Part shown: positions 49,106 through 59,891 of the stretch, one piece after another
Position numbering within the stretch: position 1 is the stretch's first letter
Layout of the letters: the number at the start of each line of letters is the position of its first letter
Source of the DNA: an uncultured Candidatus Babeliaceae bacterium
GTDB lineage: Bacteria > Babelota > Babeliae > Babelales > Babelaceae
DNA: 64,000 nt
Reading direction: 5' to 3'
Assembly: GCA_963704655.1 (NCBI GenBank)
Contig: OY969927.1
Coordinates: 960,001 to 1,024,000, forward strand
Position numbers and translations under genes: made by a program
The notes under the pieces: generated by a model
Seen by the model: only the letters and a program-made list of their open reading frames with translations
What the model was told of the DNA's origin: nothing
The model's database searches: none

Positions 49106-51079
49106 ATGTATATTACCGTTAAACTCTTAAATGGTTTTCAACAACAACTTACCTATAAAGTTCCAAACGCATGGGACAATAAACCACATGTTTCGGATAT
49201 TATTAGCGTGCCGCTGCAAAAGCGTAAAGAGCTTGCCTATATAACCAACATTCTTGAAGATTTTGATCCATCGCAAGAAAATTTTAAAATTAAAGACGCG
49301 CTTGAACAGCAGCCTTTACCTAACGACCCAACATACAAAACTTTTATTCAACAACTTGCCCGCTATTATTGCGTAAGCGAGTTAAGCTTTTATAAGCGTT
49401 TTGCGCAGTACCTTGAAGAACCACACGATTCAGATGATATCTTTCAGCTGGGTGAAATGGCGCGGCAAAATAACCTCACATTAACACCTGCACAGCAGCA
49501 CGTTGCGCAAGAAATAGACGCTGTTTTTGAAAAAAAAGAGTTTCAGCCAATTTTATTGCACGGTGTTACCGGCTCAGGAAAGACTGAAATTTATAAACAT
49601 GCTGCAGAAAAAATTATTGCCCAGGGAAATAACGTATTATTGTTACTCCCAGAAGTTTCTTTAGCCGTGCGCTTTACGCAGATATTTAAAGAGTATTTTA
49701 AAGATACTGCGCCGGTTTTTAGCTTTCATAGTGCAACCAGTAAGTCAGAAAAAAAGGCGCTCTGGCAACATATGTACACCAACAAGCCCGCAATTATTAT
49801 CGGCGTGCATTTGCCACTTTTGCTACCCATCCCGCGTTTAGGATGCATAATAATTGACGAAGAGCACGATGTTGGCTACCAAGAAAAAAAGATTCCCCGA
49901 ATACACACAAAAGAAGCTGCGCTCATGCGCGCAAGTTTTATGAAAATTCCGGTAATTTTAGGTTCTGCGACGCCTTCTATCAGTTCGCTCTATAACGTTG
50001 AGCATAAAGGCTGGAAGCTGTTACAGCTGACCGAACGGTTTCGTGGCGCCTTTCCCAAGGTACAAATTGTTCAACTTGATAAAAAAAATAAACAGAATTT
50101 TTGGATCAGCCCAGAATTGCAGCAGGCAATTCAAGATCGATTAGCGCGCAAAGAACAGGCGATTATATTTTTAAATCGCCGCGGTTACAGCTTTTTTGTG
50201 CAATGTTTTGGTTGTGATTTTATCTTTAACTGCACCACCTGCTCGGTAAGTTTAACGTTTCATGAGCCGAATATTCTCGCGTGCCACTATTGCGGCATCA
50301 AAAAAAATTTACCGTCTGCGTGCCCAAGCTGCAAAGAACCAGAAAAACAGTTTTTAAAAAAAGGTATTGGCACACAACAGGTTGTCACCATTTTGCAAAA
50401 GCTTTTCCCACAAGCAGCTATTGCGCGAGCAGATTTAGATAGCACCGTTAATAAAAAAAAGTGGCAACAGATTGTTGACGATATGCATAATAAAAAAATC
50501 GATATCTTGGTCGGCACCCAAACAATTACCAAAGGATACCATTTTCCGAGTGTGACGCTGGTAGGCATTTTATGGGCAGACAGTAATATCCATTTTCCCT
50601 TTTATGCAGCTGCTGAAACAACACTGTGCCAACTTATTCAAGTTGCAGGACGCGCGGGGCGCGAAACTCAAAACGGGTTAGTAATTATGCAGACAATTAC
50701 CCAGCACCCGATATTTTCGTACATCAATGAAGAAAATTATTGCAAATTTTATGAATACGAACGCGCCTATCGCCAGGAACTACGTTATCCACCCTATGTC
50801 CGTTTTGCAGAAATCGAGTTCAGGCACGAAAACGAACAAACTGTTGCTCGTGATGCACTTACTTGTGCTGAGTTTCTTGAAAAACTTAGTCTTGAACAGA
50901 AAAAAGATCTTATCATCCTGGGCCCAGCACAACCTATGGTGCACAAGATCCAAAATATCTTTATTCAGAAAATATATATAAAAAGTGAATCGATAAAAGA
51001 TATTATCTTTGCATACCACCAGATTACCCGCCTACCCATTGCGAGCAAACACTATTTCACACCTAATCCATTAAATTAA
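49106..51079 (+). CDS. priA: Primosomal protein N'
   Basis: HGVTGSGKTE, IIDEEHD, GSATPS, LNRRGY, four CxxC and QVAGRAGR. Confidence 0.98.
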   Translation: MYITVKLLNGFQQQLTYKVPNAWDNKPHVSDIISVPLQKRKELAYITNILEDFDPSQENFKIKDALEQQPLPNDPTYKTFIQQLARYYCVSELSFYKRFAQYLEEPHDSDDIFQLGEMARQNNLTLTPAQQHVAQEIDAVFEKKEFQPILLHGVTGSGKTEIYKHAAEKIIAQGNNVLLLLPEVSLAVRFTQIFKEYFKDTAPVFSFHSATSKSEKKALWQHMYTNKPAIIIGVHLPLLLPIPRLGCIIIDEEHDVGYQEKKIPRIHTKEAALMRASFMKIPVILGSATPSISSLYNVEHKGWKLLQLTERFRGAFPKVQIVQLDKKNKQNFWISPELQQAIQDRLARKEQAIIFLNRRGYSFFVQCFGCDFIFNCTTCSVSLTFHEPNILACHYCGIKKNLPSACPSCKEPEKQFLKKGIGTQQVVTILQKLFPQAAIARADLDSTVNKKKWQQIVDDMHNKKIDILVGTQTITKGYHFPSVTLVGILWADSNIHFPFYAAAETTLCQLIQVAGRAGRETQNGLVIMQTITQHPIFSYINEENYCKFYEYERAYRQELRYPPYVRFAEIEFRHENEQTVARDALTCAEFLEKLSLEQKKDLIILGPAQPMVHKIQNIFIQKIYIKSESIKDIIFAYHQITRLPIASKHYFTPNPLN

Positions 51080-51819
51080 GATGACAATTTTTTAACGGCT
51101 TCATCAAACTTATTTTTTAATTCCAGAAGTTGATTATACTGACTCTCATTAAGCCTTAGATCATCAAAAGTACAATTTACCAAAAAAAGTCTATAATTTT
51201 GAATCTCTTGCTCACTTAAATATAGGTCAAGAACCCTCTGCATTTTTTCTATATTAGATGGCTTAAGCTTCCAATCTTTTCCTATCGCTTTTCTAAGCTC
51301 AAAAAGTTTCATTTTCTCTAATTGTGACTTAATTTCAATCTTATAATTTCCTACAAGAATAGGAAGGGAATAGTTGAAAATTGCTTCTGGACTTAAAAAA
51401 GTTTCTTTATCTAAGAGAAATTTATTACCTTTATAGACTTTGGCTAACTCATCACAAACTGACCCCTGCTTTACATAGCGCCTTGCGACAGCCTCAAGGT
51501 CACATGCCAATCTATATTTTTCAAATTCGAGAAAACCCTCACGCTTTTCTGCAAAGGCTGTCCCACCACCAACATTAATGCTATCAACAAGCGCGTCTAT
51601 GGCCATATTTAATTTCTTAAGAACATTTTCTGGGGCAAATTGACTATGTGGTGAGAGTGGCGACAATAATAAATCGGGTTGAGGATCTCTCTGCTGAACA
51701 ACTAAAGGATTCGCAATAAAAAAGGCCCTGAACTTATTTTTTGGGCTATTACTTGATTCAGACGCACATGATGCAAAAACATACAAAATCCCTATTAAAA
51801 AAACATATAATTGCTTCAT
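51076..51819 (-). CDS. Hypothetical secreted protein
   Basis: Signal peptide; weak similarity to the neighbouring gene's C-terminus. Confidence 0.6.
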   Translation of the reverse strand: MKQLYVFLIGILYVFASCASESSNSPKNKFRAFFIANPLVVQQRDPQPDLLLSPLSPHSQFAPENVLKKLNMAIDALVDSINVGGGTAFAEKREGFLEFEKYRLACDLEAVARRYVKQGSVCDELAKVYKGNKFLLDKETFLSPEAIFNYSLPILVGNYKIEIKSQLEKMKLFELRKAIGKDWKLKPSNIEKMQRVLDLYLSEQEIQNYRLFLVNCTFDDLRLNESQYNQLLELKNKFDEAVKKLSS

Positions 51820-51852
51820 ACTTCCCCCTAAAAAATAGACATTCCTTTAGTA

Positions 51853-52563
51853 TCAGTCTAATTTTTCAAGATCAATAATGCTAGAATTTTCCTCTAGAAG
51901 CTCTAATTTCAATTCTGTTTGTGCACTAAGCAGCAAATCTTGCAATGATTGTATCTGAGCCTGTGAAAGCTCTATCCCTTCTAATTCAGAGCGGCTTATT
52001 GAAAAGAAGTTAAATGTTTCCCGAGAAATAGGGTTTTTCATAAAATTAATAACATCACGCATGCCCTTTTCCTCGCTAGGAAGAAGATAATCGTCTTTTT
52101 TTGCATAATTTCCGATTACTACAAAATCACGCATATCAGGTAAATTATTTTTTCGTGCGTACCATGCTAATACCCTTGTTAAATTCTCTGGCCTCACTTC
52201 AGAAAAGCCAGACTCATTAAAAAGTCGTTCTATTTTATTAAGATCTTTCATATAATTCAGGTTTAAGCGCTCATAAAAACCCGTACCATCGCCCTTAGCC
52301 CGCTCTAATAAGCATGCTAAATCATCACAATACTCACGCAGCTTTTTTCCTTGCTCAAAACCAACAAGGCAAAATTCTGTTCCATGTAAAATTTCACTAT
52401 GAAGATCTTGATACCGTTCATGCATTTTTTTTATTGCCAAATTTTGTGAAGAATATTCTTCATGCGCTTCAATATTCGGCGCTTTAATAGCTAGCCTTGG
52501 CTCTTGACCATAAAAAATCTGACCCGATGTAAGTAAGACAAAAACAAATGGTGTGATGTTCAT
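51853..52563 (-). CDS. Hypothetical secreted protein
   Basis: Signal peptide. Confidence 0.6.
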   Translation of the reverse strand: MNITPFVFVLLTSGQIFYGQEPRLAIKAPNIEAHEEYSSQNLAIKKMHERYQDLHSEILHGTEFCLVGFEQGKKLREYCDDLACLLERAKGDGTGFYERLNLNYMKDLNKIERLFNESGFSEVRPENLTRVLAWYARKNNLPDMRDFVVIGNYAKKDDYLLPSEEKGMRDVINFMKNPISRETFNFFSISRSELEGIELSQAQIQSLQDLLLSAQTELKLELLEENSSIIDLEKLD

Positions 52564-52572
52564 GATATAATC

Positions 52573-53118
52573 TTATTTTTTAAAAAAATGAGCACGATAA
52601 TGCGCAAGTTCTGCCATTGATTCATGAACGTCTGCAAGCGCACGATGCTCTTTGCTTTTCTTGAAATCACTGTTTGGGTCTTGCGAATACCATTTTGTAA
52701 CAAGCTCTTTTACCGTAGAAACGTCAATTAAACGGTAATGAAACAGTGCATCGATCTTTGGCATATATTTTTTTAAAAATATTCTATCTTGATAGATAGT
52801 GTTGCCCGCTAAAAAAGTTTTTCCCGAAATGCAATATGGCTTTAATGCATCATAAAAAGTCTTCTCAATAGTTGCAAGATCCGTGGTTGATTCGGCAACT
52901 GCTTTAAGCAATCCAGATTTAGTATGCTGATTTTTAACCCACGGATCCATCATGACTATCTCTGTTTCTGGGTAATGAATAATAGCACTCAGGCCTTGAA
53001 AAATAATGTTATTATCAAAGTCTGCAACAAGTGCCGCAATTTCTAAAATTTTATCAACATCGGCATTTAAGCCTGTCATTTCAAGGTCCAACCAACACAC
53101 GCGTGAATCTGAATTCAT
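52573..53118 (-). CDS. orn: Oligoribonuclease
   Basis: WLDLEMTGL, HTKSGL, HYRLIDVSTVKEL and HRALAD. Confidence 0.97.
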   Translation of the reverse strand: MNSDSRVCWLDLEMTGLNADVDKILEIAALVADFDNNIIFQGLSAIIHYPETEIVMMDPWVKNQHTKSGLLKAVAESTTDLATIEKTFYDALKPYCISGKTFLAGNTIYQDRIFLKKYMPKIDALFHYRLIDVSTVKELVTKWYSQDPNSDFKKSKEHRALADVHESMAELAHYRAHFFKK

Positions 53119-53187
53119 AATTTACCTTTTTTTTAAACAGTAATTATAGTACACTTTTTAAAACAAACTATAGAAATTTCTCCAACA

Positions 53188-53235
53188 CTTCGACTTCGCT
53201 CAGTGTGAGCGGTGAGAAAGTAGTTTATCCTAAGC
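53188..53235. repeat. Family-A repeat
   Basis: cttcgacttcgctcagtgtgagcgg followed by agtttatcct. Confidence 0.7.
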
Positions 53236-53244
53236 AGCATCAAA

Positions 53245-55449
53245 ATGGAAAAAATATCAGTCGGTGTCTTTATGGGCGGCATGTCGCTCGAAAAAGAAGT
53301 TTCATTTAATTCAGGCAGAACCGTTTGCGATCATCTTGATACACAGCGTTATACTGTACTACCAATTTTTCAAAACGGTGCAGGCGAACTTTATATAATT
53401 CCACAAAAATTTCTTTATCGTGGAAAAATTAGCGACTTTGAACATCGCCTTGCAACAGAAGCGCGCCACATATTTTGGCATGACTTAAAAAGTCTTATCG
53501 ATATCGCATTCATAGCACAACATGGTCGTTATGGAGAAGATGGTTGCATACAAGGAACACTTGAGCTTCTTCAAATTCCTTATGTGGGCGCTAAAGTTTT
53601 TGGCAGCGCGTTGGGAATGGATAAATTTTTACAAAAATTTTTTTTAGAATTACATGGCATAAAAACTGCGCATGGCATTTGTGTTGAACCAGAAAATATA
53701 GAAAAGATTTCCTACACATATTTACAAGAACATCTCCTTGAATTTCCGTTAGTAGTTAAACCGGTTCATGAAGGCTCAAGCTTTGGCGTAGCAATTGTGC
53801 ATGATTTGTTAGAACTTACACAAGCGTGCAAAAAAGCAGCTTATATATCTAAAGACACGCCGCAAGCGATAATTATTGAAGAAAAAATTAATGGCATGGA
53901 ATTTTCTTGCATTGTAACTCAAGATGCGCAAACTGGTGAATTTAATGCGCTTTCTGTAACAGAAATTGTAGCGCATGATGAAAATAGCATCTTTGATTAT
54001 GAACAGAAATATATGCCAGGCCGCGCTACAAAATGGACACCCGCACGCAGCTCTGAAGAAGATTTATTGCGCATAGAACAAATGGCAATTGATACCGTTA
54101 AGGCACTTGATTTTTGCACTATCGGCAGAATAGATGGTTTTTTAAAACCGAATGGTGATATCGTAATCATAGACCCAAACTCACTTTCTGGACTTGCGCC
54201 ATCAAGCTTTGCATTTGTACAAGCGGCACAAAAAAAATTAACTCATAAAGAACTTATTAATACATTACTTGAAGCTGAAATGAAAAAGAATCACCCTACC
54301 TCAAAAAAAACCGACGTATTATTTGAACGTAGTAACAATAAAATTGCACGCGAGCCACATAAAACAGTTATCGCTGTTGTATTTGGTGGTGCATCAAATG
54401 AACGTGAAATTTCATTAGAATCTGGCAGAAATGTTATCTACAAATTACCCAGCGAAAAATATCAGGTGCTACCAATTTTTCTGTCACGCGCATTAACATT
54501 TCATCTTGTTTCGCTTGAACAGCTTGTGCTTAATTCCACGCAAGAAATTGAAAGCTCGTTAGAAAAATCACAACAGTGGGCACTTGAAGATATAAAAATT
54601 AACGCAGACTTTGTCTTTATCGCGTTACATGGCGGTCAAGGCGAGAACGGCTCATTCCAAGGCGCCCTGGAGATGATGAGAATCCCTTACAACGGCTCTG
54701 GCGTACTTGCAAGCGCACTATGTATGGACAAACATAAAACAACGCAACTACTTAAAGCTTGCGGCTTTGACGTGCCAAAAAATATTCTTGTGCCACTTGA
54801 TGAATTACTAGAACAACATGACCTTAGTGCGGCAACATTTCCAAGTATTGTTAAGCCGCATAATGACGGTTGCAGCGTCGGCGTAAATAAAGTAAAAAAT
54901 ATGCACGAGTTGCATAACGCATTACGCTGCTTGAAAGATAATGGGCACAGTCATGCGCTAGTTGAAGAGTTTATTAAGGGCATGGAATTGACCGTTGGTG
55001 TTTTAGGCAACAAGAATGTTGCTGCATTGCCACCAAGTGCTGCGATAACAACACAAGACATTTTATCTATCGAAGAAAAGTTTTTACCGGGCGCTGGCGA
55101 AAACCAAACCCCTGCTCCGTTACCGGCAGCATCATTGGCTTTTGTGCAACGCACTATGGAAAATATCTATAAAACGCTAACCTGTTCCGGGTATGCACGT
55201 ATAGACTGTTTTTATCAATCAGCTAAAATAAGCCCAACGGGCAAAGAACGGGTTATCACACTCGAAGTTAATTCGCTGCCTGGACTTACACCGGCTACGG
55301 TTATTTTCCACCAAGCTGCTGAAATTGGCATGAGCCCCAGCGAATTTCTGGATACCATCGTTCAGCTTGGCTTTGAAAAGCATGGCAAGCCAAAAAATCA
55401 AGAGGCTCCTGCAAAAGAGACTATAGAAAAAGAGATAGCCGTAGCGTAA
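53245..55449 (+). CDS. ddl: Tandem (two-domain) D-alanine--D-alanine ligase
   Basis: Two full ATP-grasp Ddl units, each with GG.S.E.E.S..SG, HG..GE.G..QG, KP...G.S.GV, RID and N..GL. Confidence 0.88.
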   Translation: MEKISVGVFMGGMSLEKEVSFNSGRTVCDHLDTQRYTVLPIFQNGAGELYIIPQKFLYRGKISDFEHRLATEARHIFWHDLKSLIDIAFIAQHGRYGEDGCIQGTLELLQIPYVGAKVFGSALGMDKFLQKFFLELHGIKTAHGICVEPENIEKISYTYLQEHLLEFPLVVKPVHEGSSFGVAIVHDLLELTQACKKAAYISKDTPQAIIIEEKINGMEFSCIVTQDAQTGEFNALSVTEIVAHDENSIFDYEQKYMPGRATKWTPARSSEEDLLRIEQMAIDTVKALDFCTIGRIDGFLKPNGDIVIIDPNSLSGLAPSSFAFVQAAQKKLTHKELINTLLEAEMKKNHPTSKKTDVLFERSNNKIAREPHKTVIAVVFGGASNEREISLESGRNVIYKLPSEKYQVLPIFLSRALTFHLVSLEQLVLNSTQEIESSLEKSQQWALEDIKINADFVFIALHGGQGENGSFQGALEMMRIPYNGSGVLASALCMDKHKTTQLLKACGFDVPKNILVPLDELLEQHDLSAATFPSIVKPHNDGCSVGVNKVKNMHELHNALRCLKDNGHSHALVEEFIKGMELTVGVLGNKNVAALPPSAAITTQDILSIEEKFLPGAGENQTPAPLPAASLAFVQRTMENIYKTLTCSGYARIDCFYQSAKISPTGKERVITLEVNSLPGLTPATVIFHQAAEIGMSPSEFLDTIVQLGFEKHGKPKNQEAPAKETIEKEIAVA

Positions 55450-55548
55450 AATGCTATTACTGCGATCCTTTTTGCCCTTTTATTGAATGCTTACTATAAT
55501 ATAAAGTATAAAATATAAACCAAAGACTGAATAAAAAGGCATTTTTCT

Positions 55549-56055
55549 ATGAAATACTATCTTCTTATGGCACTCAGCTTACCAATTCTATCATTTCAAT
55601 CTTCTGAGTTATTTCAGCGCCAATTGACGCGGGAAGAGATAGACATTATCGTCTTGACCGTACCAAAAATCAACAAAGATAACTTAACCAAAGAAGTGGA
55701 AAAGCTAAATGGTTTTATTAAAGAATCAAAAGAACAGTTAACGTTAGTTTACCAAACCACTAACGCTCAAACAAAACTTTTAAAGTTAATTGATAAAAAA
55801 AAGAATCGTAATGAATACATAGAACTTGAATTAAAAATTTCAAAAAACAGTTTCCTGGCAGCACGCTTGCTTGCGTATCATAAAAATGTCCAAATGATAA
55901 CAAAGTGCGTGGAAGAAAGTTTAGCAGAAATTTCACGCGAACAAGACAGAAATGACAAGATTAAATTACTTGTAGACCGCATAGCTGGCGCTAAAGAAGC
56001 AGAGCCATTTGATACAGAAAAAAAATTAGAAGAGTTTTACGCTTCATTACAATAG
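55549..56055 (+). CDS. Hypothetical secreted coiled-coil protein
   Basis: Signal peptide and helical composition. Confidence 0.55.
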   Translation: MKYYLLMALSLPILSFQSSELFQRQLTREEIDIIVLTVPKINKDNLTKEVEKLNGFIKESKEQLTLVYQTTNAQTKLLKLIDKKKNRNEYIELELKISKNSFLAARLLAYHKNVQMITKCVEESLAEISREQDRNDKIKLLVDRIAGAKEAEPFDTEKKLEEFYASLQ

Positions 56056-56147
56056 TTATAGCAAAGCTCAAACAAGTCGCAACAATTTCCGTGCATGGTA
56101 TATCGAACCATGTGAGAATTTCTACAACTCGCTCTTTCAGAATTTAT

Positions 56148-57137
56148 TTACTTAATCGCCCACACTCTATTTTTGCCATCGGCATGCGCAGTTACAATAT
56201 ACTTGCCAAGTGTGCACCATGCTATTGCAGCTGCACGTGAAGGGCTTTTTAAGATGCGGCCCCTTTCACTTGATCCAAGGGCCCAGATAGCAATTTCACC
56301 GTCAGGAAAACCTGCAGCTGCTATATATTTTGAACCGCTGCTGTCTCCATCAAATGCGCATACTGTTTCTGCCAACCCATTATCCGGTCTAATAGAATGG
56401 CGCAATTTTCTAATCTTATTATAGCGCAGCATATCTACAAGATAGACGTCGTTTGCAGCATCACCGATTGCAAGATATCTGCCACTTGGGTTAACTTTAA
56501 CTTCAAAAATATCCGCACCATTATTTTCGACAAGTAACAAACAAGGCTCTTGTTGATGATTAACATCATGAATGAGAACTTTTGAAGATATAGTCTCAGC
56601 ATTCACCATATACCCAAGAATTACTTTTTTTGCATTGGGCGTTATTGTTGCAGAACTAATAGAAGATCCACCCGGCACTCGCTCATTAAAAACCCGCAAA
56701 AGTCGATTTTGTCGCACATCCCACAACAACCCTCTATCATTATAATCGAACCCAACAAGATGATTTCCAGCAAGACCCCAACTAACTTGCGTAACAAAAT
56801 GACCAAAATTTAATTGCGTTACTGATCTGTCAATTCTGGCATCCCAAATTCGAACCGTTCCATCACCAGACCCTGTTGCAAAACACGTATTATTATTTTT
56901 TACTATCGTATTTATCGTGCCATCATGGCCTTCGTATCTTGAAATAATAGTATTATCAAAATCGCGGCTTACAACATCAAAACCTTCAGCACAGAGCACT
57001 AAGGGCCCATCGCTTAAAATATCAACAGCGGTATTGCGACCATTTAAACCATCAACAACAGCAATTGGCTGATTCACGCAAAAGACATAGTGTGGCACTA
57101 AACTCAAAATAAATAGGGCATAAAATTTAATGTTCAT
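56148..57137 (-). CDS. Secreted WD40-repeat protein
   Basis: YEGHDGTIN...FATGSGDGTVRIWD and LLWDV. Confidence 0.88.
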   Translation of the reverse strand: MNIKFYALFILSLVPHYVFCVNQPIAVVDGLNGRNTAVDILSDGPLVLCAEGFDVVSRDFDNTIISRYEGHDGTINTIVKNNNTCFATGSGDGTVRIWDARIDRSVTQLNFGHFVTQVSWGLAGNHLVGFDYNDRGLLWDVRQNRLLRVFNERVPGGSSISSATITPNAKKVILGYMVNAETISSKVLIHDVNHQQEPCLLLVENNGADIFEVKVNPSGRYLAIGDAANDVYLVDMLRYNKIRKLRHSIRPDNGLAETVCAFDGDSSGSKYIAAAGFPDGEIAIWALGSSERGRILKSPSRAAAIAWCTLGKYIVTAHADGKNRVWAIK

Positions 57138-58165
57138 GGGATATAGTTGTTGATATTAAAAATTCGGATAGCGCTTTCAGAACGATCAAAGGCAGCTATA
57201 GTTGCACCACAACTTGCAACATAGGTAAATCCTGAACCGCCCATCAAGCCGCTTATAAACTCTGATTTTTCATGATCATAGATCTCAATTAAAGATACTG
57301 TATCAGAGCCTGTTTTACACTTTCCAGCAACTATGCTCCATGTATAATTTTTATTAAAACAGCCATCGGTTAAATTAACCTCTAAATTAGAAATTTCTAC
57401 CCCGCCTATTACCTGATCATGAACAGTATGACAAAGAAAATATGCTTTCGGGTCAACTATTAACAAAGAATTGCCATCAGCAGAGTAGGTTACTTTTTTA
57501 ATATCAATAGATGTATCTCGGCCGACTAACTCTTGTACCTTTTGAGCTCGAATATCAAAAATGTCTATGTTACTATTAATAGCAGATCGTAGCCTTTTAT
57601 ACCCAATAACTATATGCTTGCCTGACGGACTCAATGCTGCTGAATTTATCGACTTGCTATCACAATAAGATAAAATTCTTTTTCGCGACCGACGGTCCCA
57701 CAAGGTAAGTGGGTCATAATCAGATGTTGGCGTTGCTAAAACCAGATTGCCCACTTTATCCCAACTTAATTCATTAACATAGCTCCGACATGCATTATCA
57801 TTAAAGACATGCTCAAGCTGATGTCTTTCAACATCAAATATACGCACAACACCTTGTTGCGAACCAGTAGCCAATCTGTTTTCTGCATGAGTTGCGCACA
57901 ATGAGTACACAAGTTGCTCGCCATTGTCAAAAAGGCCAATAATTTTTTGAGGGTCATCACCTTGTAATGATCTTGTAGCAACATAATCATCATTTGATGA
58001 AAAAAGAATTTTACCCTCTTGAATAAGATCTAAACCATGCAGCCTTTGCTGCGATTCACTCAAGGTTGGTAATACAATATCTGGTGCTTGAAGATAAAGG
58101 GCATGTGCTGATTTAATGCTCATCGCCAACAACAATGACACAGCTATTATATTAAATTTCATCAT
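57134..58165 (-). CDS. Secreted WD40-repeat protein
   Basis: LATGSQQGVVRIFD, LTLWD and SAALSPSG. Confidence 0.82.
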   Translation of the reverse strand: MMKFNIIAVSLLLAMSIKSAHALYLQAPDIVLPTLSESQQRLHGLDLIQEGKILFSSNDDYVATRSLQGDDPQKIIGLFDNGEQLVYSLCATHAENRLATGSQQGVVRIFDVERHQLEHVFNDNACRSYVNELSWDKVGNLVLATPTSDYDPLTLWDRRSRKRILSYCDSKSINSAALSPSGKHIVIGYKRLRSAINSNIDIFDIRAQKVQELVGRDTSIDIKKVTYSADGNSLLIVDPKAYFLCHTVHDQVIGGVEISNLEVNLTDGCFNKNYTWSIVAGKCKTGSDTVSLIEIYDHEKSEFISGLMGGSGFTYVASCGATIAAFDRSESAIRIFNINNYIP

Positions 58166-58301
58166 TGATTATCCCCATTTTTTTTATAAAGATTTTATCC
58201 ACTAATTGAGCAACATACCATTATATTTTGTTCAAATCTAGAAAATTATAAAAAAAGAGTCTTTATTTCTAAAGACTCTTTTTTACTTAAAAATTCAATT
58301 T

Positions 58302-59330
58302 TTATTTTTGTCTTCCAATTTGAGACATGTCCCACACTTTAATAGCATTATCTTTGCTGCAAGCCGCTGCTAAAACATCACCATCCCAAACTATCTGCTC
58401 TCCCGTCATCTCACCAGAGCTTAATGTTGCTACGGTCTTTAAGCTTGGCACTTTAACAACTCTAATATTATTTTCACCTGATACTGCCAACAGACTTTCA
58501 GTTTCATCAAACGTCATTTGATGAAAACCTAGGTCATCTAATTTACCAAGTTCATTGTAATGAGAGGTTTCCCCCAAAAAGACATTTGTATATGCTCCAA
58601 CGGCAAATTTAAAACCATCTTTAGAAAACTCAATACTCATTGCATCACAGGGACTATCTGCGGCACTAAACCCTTGACGTTCTTTTTTGTTACATATATC
58701 AAAAATAGTAACTACACCTTTATAGGGCGATATATTACCAATAACACCTACCGGTTTAGTGTGTGCAATAAGAACATCATCACCACGAGGACTTATTGAA
58801 GCAGAGTACATGGTGTTACTTTTATGTTCGCAACATATATCACCACTGCGCACATCAACAACCCACATAGGATCGCTAGAAATTTCTGGAGACACACACA
58901 GAAGATTATCATTTGCGGACCATGATAAAACAGCTATTCTTTGGGAATTTATGTCTCCTTTTCTTCTTGAAACACTACCAATAATAGCTAGTGTTTCTAA
59001 ATCAACCAACTGAACCGCGTCTGTGGACCATTGACCAACGGCAACTTGCTTTTTTGCGTGATTAACTTTTAATGCACTGCCTATGTAACCCTTTACAACA
59101 TAGGGTAATTTTACATAAGAAATACTTCCATCAGGACCAATATCACGAACTGAAAGGCTCTTTTTTTCTTCGTCAAATGCCAAAAGAATTTGGCCATCTT
59201 TCACCAATTGTACGCAATTTACGTTACAACCATCTCCAGGATACATATATCGCGTATCTGGCTCTTGCGCCGCATAGCCATTAGCCAAGTAACTAACTAA
59301 CAACATTATGCTGAGTAATTTTTTATACAT
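58302..59330 (-). CDS. Secreted WD40/beta-propeller protein
   Basis: SASISPRG, IEFSKDG and DNAIKVWD. Confidence 0.78.
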   Translation of the reverse strand: MYKKLLSIMLLVSYLANGYAAQEPDTRYMYPGDGCNVNCVQLVKDGQILLAFDEEKKSLSVRDIGPDGSISYVKLPYVVKGYIGSALKVNHAKKQVAVGQWSTDAVQLVDLETLAIIGSVSRRKGDINSQRIAVLSWSANDNLLCVSPEISSDPMWVVDVRSGDICCEHKSNTMYSASISPRGDDVLIAHTKPVGVIGNISPYKGVVTIFDICNKKERQGFSAADSPCDAMSIEFSKDGFKFAVGAYTNVFLGETSHYNELGKLDDLGFHQMTFDETESLLAVSGENNIRVVKVPSLKTVATLSSGEMTGEQIVWDGDVLAAACSKDNAIKVWDMSQIGRQK

Positions 59331-59425
59331 ACAACACTTCCTTTTAAAATAAAGATGCAACTAATTACCGCTCAATAATAGCATCAAATTATTTTAAAAA
59401 AAGAATGTATAGAATTTATTTAGAT

Positions 59426-59875
59426 TTATGATTTTTTAATAGATAGTGTGCCGGCATTATTAATGGTAACAATGCAACCGACAACACGGGCAAGATCTTC
59501 AGATGATAATGATAAAAAGACAGCTGGAAGCGCCTCTTTTCGCGTCATGCCACGAGCAAAAGCTTTGGCAACAATTACACCGCGTTCGTCGCGCCAGATA
59601 TAAAAGGTGCCTTCACACGTGACTAATTCAAGTGCGTCAGCTGGAATATAAGGACGGTCAACAACAAAATCGAAAAGATTTTTTTCTTGACCGGTAAAGG
59701 GGATTTCTAATAATAAGTTCTTACTCGCGCCAGAATTAAGAGTAAGCTCTTTAGCAGCGTAAGAAAAAGAAGCGGTATCAGGGGAATTATTTACAATTTT
59801 AACAAGCTTAGCCGCAGATGCGCCATGCACATAAACAGCTAAACCCAATAATAAAAAAAACTTTTTAATGTTCAT
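59426..59875 (-). CDS. Hypothetical small secreted beta-rich protein
   Basis: Signal peptide and IVNNS motif. Confidence 0.6.
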   Translation of the reverse strand: MNIKKFFLLLGLAVYVHGASAAKLVKIVNNSPDTASFSYAAKELTLNSGASKNLLLEIPFTGQEKNLFDFVVDRPYIPADALELVTCEGTFYIWRDERGVIVAKAFARGMTRKEALPAVFLSLSSEDLARVVGCIVTINNAGTLSIKKS

Positions 59876-59891
59876 AAACCCCTGACAGTTG

